Of a DNA stretch of 64,000 nucleotides, positions 61,090-64,000 are shown piece by piece. The DNA is from Squalus acanthias (lineage: Eukaryota): contig JASTWF010000114.1 of NCBI GenBank assembly GCA_030390025.1, positions 806,001 through 870,000 on the forward strand, read 5' to 3'. The position numbers and the translations under genes are program-made. Under the pieces are notes generated by a model. That model saw only the letters and a list, made by a program, of their open reading frames with translations, was not told where the DNA came from and ran no database searches. The stretch's first letter is position 1. Each line of letters opens with the position of its first letter.

Positions 61090-64000
61090 GAGACCGCAAC
61101 CGAGATTCCAGGATGGTATGTTGCCTCCCTGGTGCAAGGGTCAAGGATATCTCGGAGCGGCTGCAGAACATTCTGAAGAGGGAGGGTGAACAGCCAGCTG
61201 TCGTGGTGCATGTAGGTACCAACGATATAGGTAAAAAGCGGGAAGAGGTCCTACAAGCAGAATTTAGGGAGCTAGGAGCTAAATTAAAAAGTAGGACCTC
61301 TAAGGTAGTAATCTCTGGATTGCTACCAGGGCCACGTGCTAATCAGAATAGAGAGAACAGGACAGTGAGATTGAATACGTGGCTTGAGCAGTGGTGCAGG
61401 AGGGAGGGATTCAAATTCCTGAGGCATTGGAACCAGTTCTGGGGGAAGTGGGACCTGTACAAAAGGGACGGTCTGCACTTGGGCAGGACTGGAACCGATG
61501 TCCTCGGGGTAATATTTGCTAAAGCAGTTCGGGAGGATTTAAACTAATATGGCAGGGGAATGGGAACCTATGTAGCGAAACAGGGGGAAGTAATATGCAG
61601 TCAGAAACAAATGTTAGAAGGGTGAGAAACAATAGGGGAAGGCCGAGTAAACAAAGGCAAGAAACACAAAGGGCCATACTAAATCATAAGTCTAAAAGGA
61701 CAAAGGATGTTAATAAAACAAGCCTAAAGGCTCTGTGTCTTAATGCAAGGAGTATCCGTAATAAGGTGGATGAATTGACTGTGCAAATAGATGTTAACGG
61801 ATACGATGTGATTGGGATTACAGAGACGTGGCTCCAGAACAATCAAGGCTGGGAACTGAACATCCAGGGGTATTCAACATACAGAAAGGATAGAAGAAAA
61901 GGAAAAGGGGGTGGGCTAGCATTGCTGGTTAAAGAGGAGATTAATGCAATAGCTAGGAAGGACATCAGCTTGGAGGATGTGGAATCAATATGGGTTGAGC
62001 TGCAGAACACCAAAGGGCAGAAAACGTTAGTGGGAGTTGTGTACAGACCTCCAAACAGCAGTAGTGAGGTGGGGGAGGGTATGAAACAGGAAATCAGAGG
62101 TGCGTGCAAAAAAGGCACGGCAGTTATCATGGGTGACTTTAATATGCATATAGATTGGGCTACTCAAACTGGAAGCAATACGGTGGAGGAGGATTTCCTG
62201 GAGTGTTTAAGGGATGGTTTCCTAAACCAATATGTTGAGGAACCAACTCGAGGGGAGGCCATCCTGGACTGGGTGTTGTGTAATGAGGAAGGACTAATCA
62301 GCAATCTTGTGGTACGAGGCCCCCTGGGGAAGAGTGACCATAGTATGGTGGAGTTCTACATTAGGATGGAGAAGGAAACAGTTAAGTCAGAGACCATGGT
62401 CCAGAACTTAAATAAGGGCAACTTTGAGGGTATGAGGCGTGAATTGGCGAGGTTAAATTGGCAAGCGATATTTAAGGGGCTATCAGTGGAAGGGCAATGG
62501 CAGACATTTAGAGATCGCATGGATGAACTACAACAATTGTACATCCCGGTCTGGCGTAAAAATAAAAAAGGGAAGGTGGCTCAACCATGGCTAACAAGGG
62601 AAATCAGGGATAGTATTAAAAGCAAGGAAGTGGCATACAAATTGGCCAGAAGTAGCAGGAAACCCGGGGACTGGGAGAACTTCAAAACTCAGCAGAGGAG
62701 AACGAAGGGTTTGATTAGGGCAGGGAAAATAAAATATGAAAGGAAGCTTGCAGAGAACATTAAAATGGACAGCAAAAGCTTCTATAAATATATAAAAAGA
62801 AAGAGGTTAGTAAAAACAAACGTAGGTCCCCTGCAGTCGGAAACAGGGGAAGTCGTAATGGGGAACAAGGAAATGGCGGATCAATTGAACAAGTACTTTG
62901 GTTCGGTGTTTACTGTGGAGGACACACACAACCTGCCGGAAATAAAAGGGGTCAGAGGATCTGGTAAGAGGGAGGAGCTGAGGGAAATCCTTATTAGTCG
63001 GGAAAAGGTATTGGGAAAATTGATGGGACTGAAGGCTGAAAAATCCCCGGGGCCTGATGGTCTGCATCCCAGAGTACTTAAGGAGGTGGCCTTGGAAATA
63101 GTGGATGCATTGACGATCATTTTCCAACATTCCTTAGACTCTGGATCAGTTCCGATGGAGTGGAGGGTGGCCAATGTAACCCCTCTTTTTACAAAAGGAG
63201 GGAGGGAGAAAGCAGGGAATTATAGACCGGTCAGCCTGACATCGGTTGTGGGTAAAATGATGGAAGCAATTATTAAAGATGTCATAACAGACCATTTGGA
63301 AAGTGGCGACATGATAGGTCCAAGTCAGCATGGATTTGTGAAAGGGAAATCATGCTTGACAAATCTTCTGGAATTTTTTGAGGATGTTTCCAATAGGGTG
63401 GACAGGGGGGAACCAGTAGATGTGGTGTATTTGGACTTTCAGAAGGCCTTCGACAAGGTTCCACACAAGAGATTGGTGAGCAAAGTTAAAGCACATGGGA
63501 TTGGGGGTAATGTGTTGACGTGGATTGAGAACTGGTTGGCACACAGGAAACAAAGAGTAGGAGTAAATGGGTACTTTTCAGAATGGCAGGCAGTGACCAG
63601 CGGGGTACCGCAGGGTTCGGTGCTGGGACCCCAGCTGTTTACATTATATATTAATGATTTGGACGAAGGGATTAAATGTAATATCTCCAAATTTGCGGAT
63701 GACACTAAATTGGGAGGCAGTGTGAACAATGAGGAGGATGCTAGGAGGCTACAGAGTGACTTGGACAGGTTGGGTGAATGGGCAAATGTATGGCAGATGA
63801 AGTACAATGTGGATAAATGTGAGGTTATCCACTTTGGTGGTAAAAATAGAGAGGCGGACTATTACCTGAATGGTGGCAGATTAGGGAAAGGGGAGGTGCA
63901 ACGAGACCTGGGCATTATGGTACATCAGTCATTGAAGGTGGGAATGCAAGTGCAGCAGGCAGTCAAGAAAGCAAACGGAATGATGGCCTTCATAGTAAGG
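61090..64000 (+). mobile_element. Young CR1 LINE: ORF1 3' part to 61547 and ORF2 running off the window
   Basis: ORF1 esterase motifs (VHVGTND, DGLHL); ORF2 with APE and RT motifs. Confidence 0.93.
61538..64000 (+). CDS. CR1 ORF2 (APE endonuclease + reverse transcriptase), apparently uninterrupted, 3'-incomplete
   Basis: Manual translation is open from FKLIWQG through NARSIRNK, ITETWL, GDFN, SDH, LDFQKAFD, PQGSVLGP and FADDTK to the window end. The ORF track calls no terminated + strand ORF here, consistent with no stop. Confidence 0.82.

Overview
Eukaryotic, repeat-dense DNA that looks like a cartilaginous-fish (shark/ray) genome, inferred from the Ig isotype, CR1/Penelope/Deu-SINE content and a GPR139-like gene. 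The first ~29 kb holds three copies of a segmental-duplication unit. Each carries a germline-joined VJ immunoglobulin light-chain gene of the type I/NS5 (sigma-cart) class, and all three are pseudogenes with different lesions. Copies 2 and 3 are inverted relative to each other and are fused at 20958, inside the C exon of copy 2 and exactly at the J splice donor of copy 3. The rest contains a two-exon GPR139-like GPCR pseudogene plus a second fragment, and a decayed tRNA cluster (two inverted Ser/Arg pairs and an Ile-derived copy; the Arg gene has a 16-nt insert at the canonical intron site). It also contains many CR1 LINEs (the last with an apparently intact ORF2 behind a TTTAAAC -1 slippery site), a twin-primed RTE, Penelope-like elements with hammerhead motifs and long palindromes, a TSD-less solo LTR, and several minisatellites. 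No intact host protein-coding gene was found. All family assignments come from recalled motifs and manual alignment, not from database searches.
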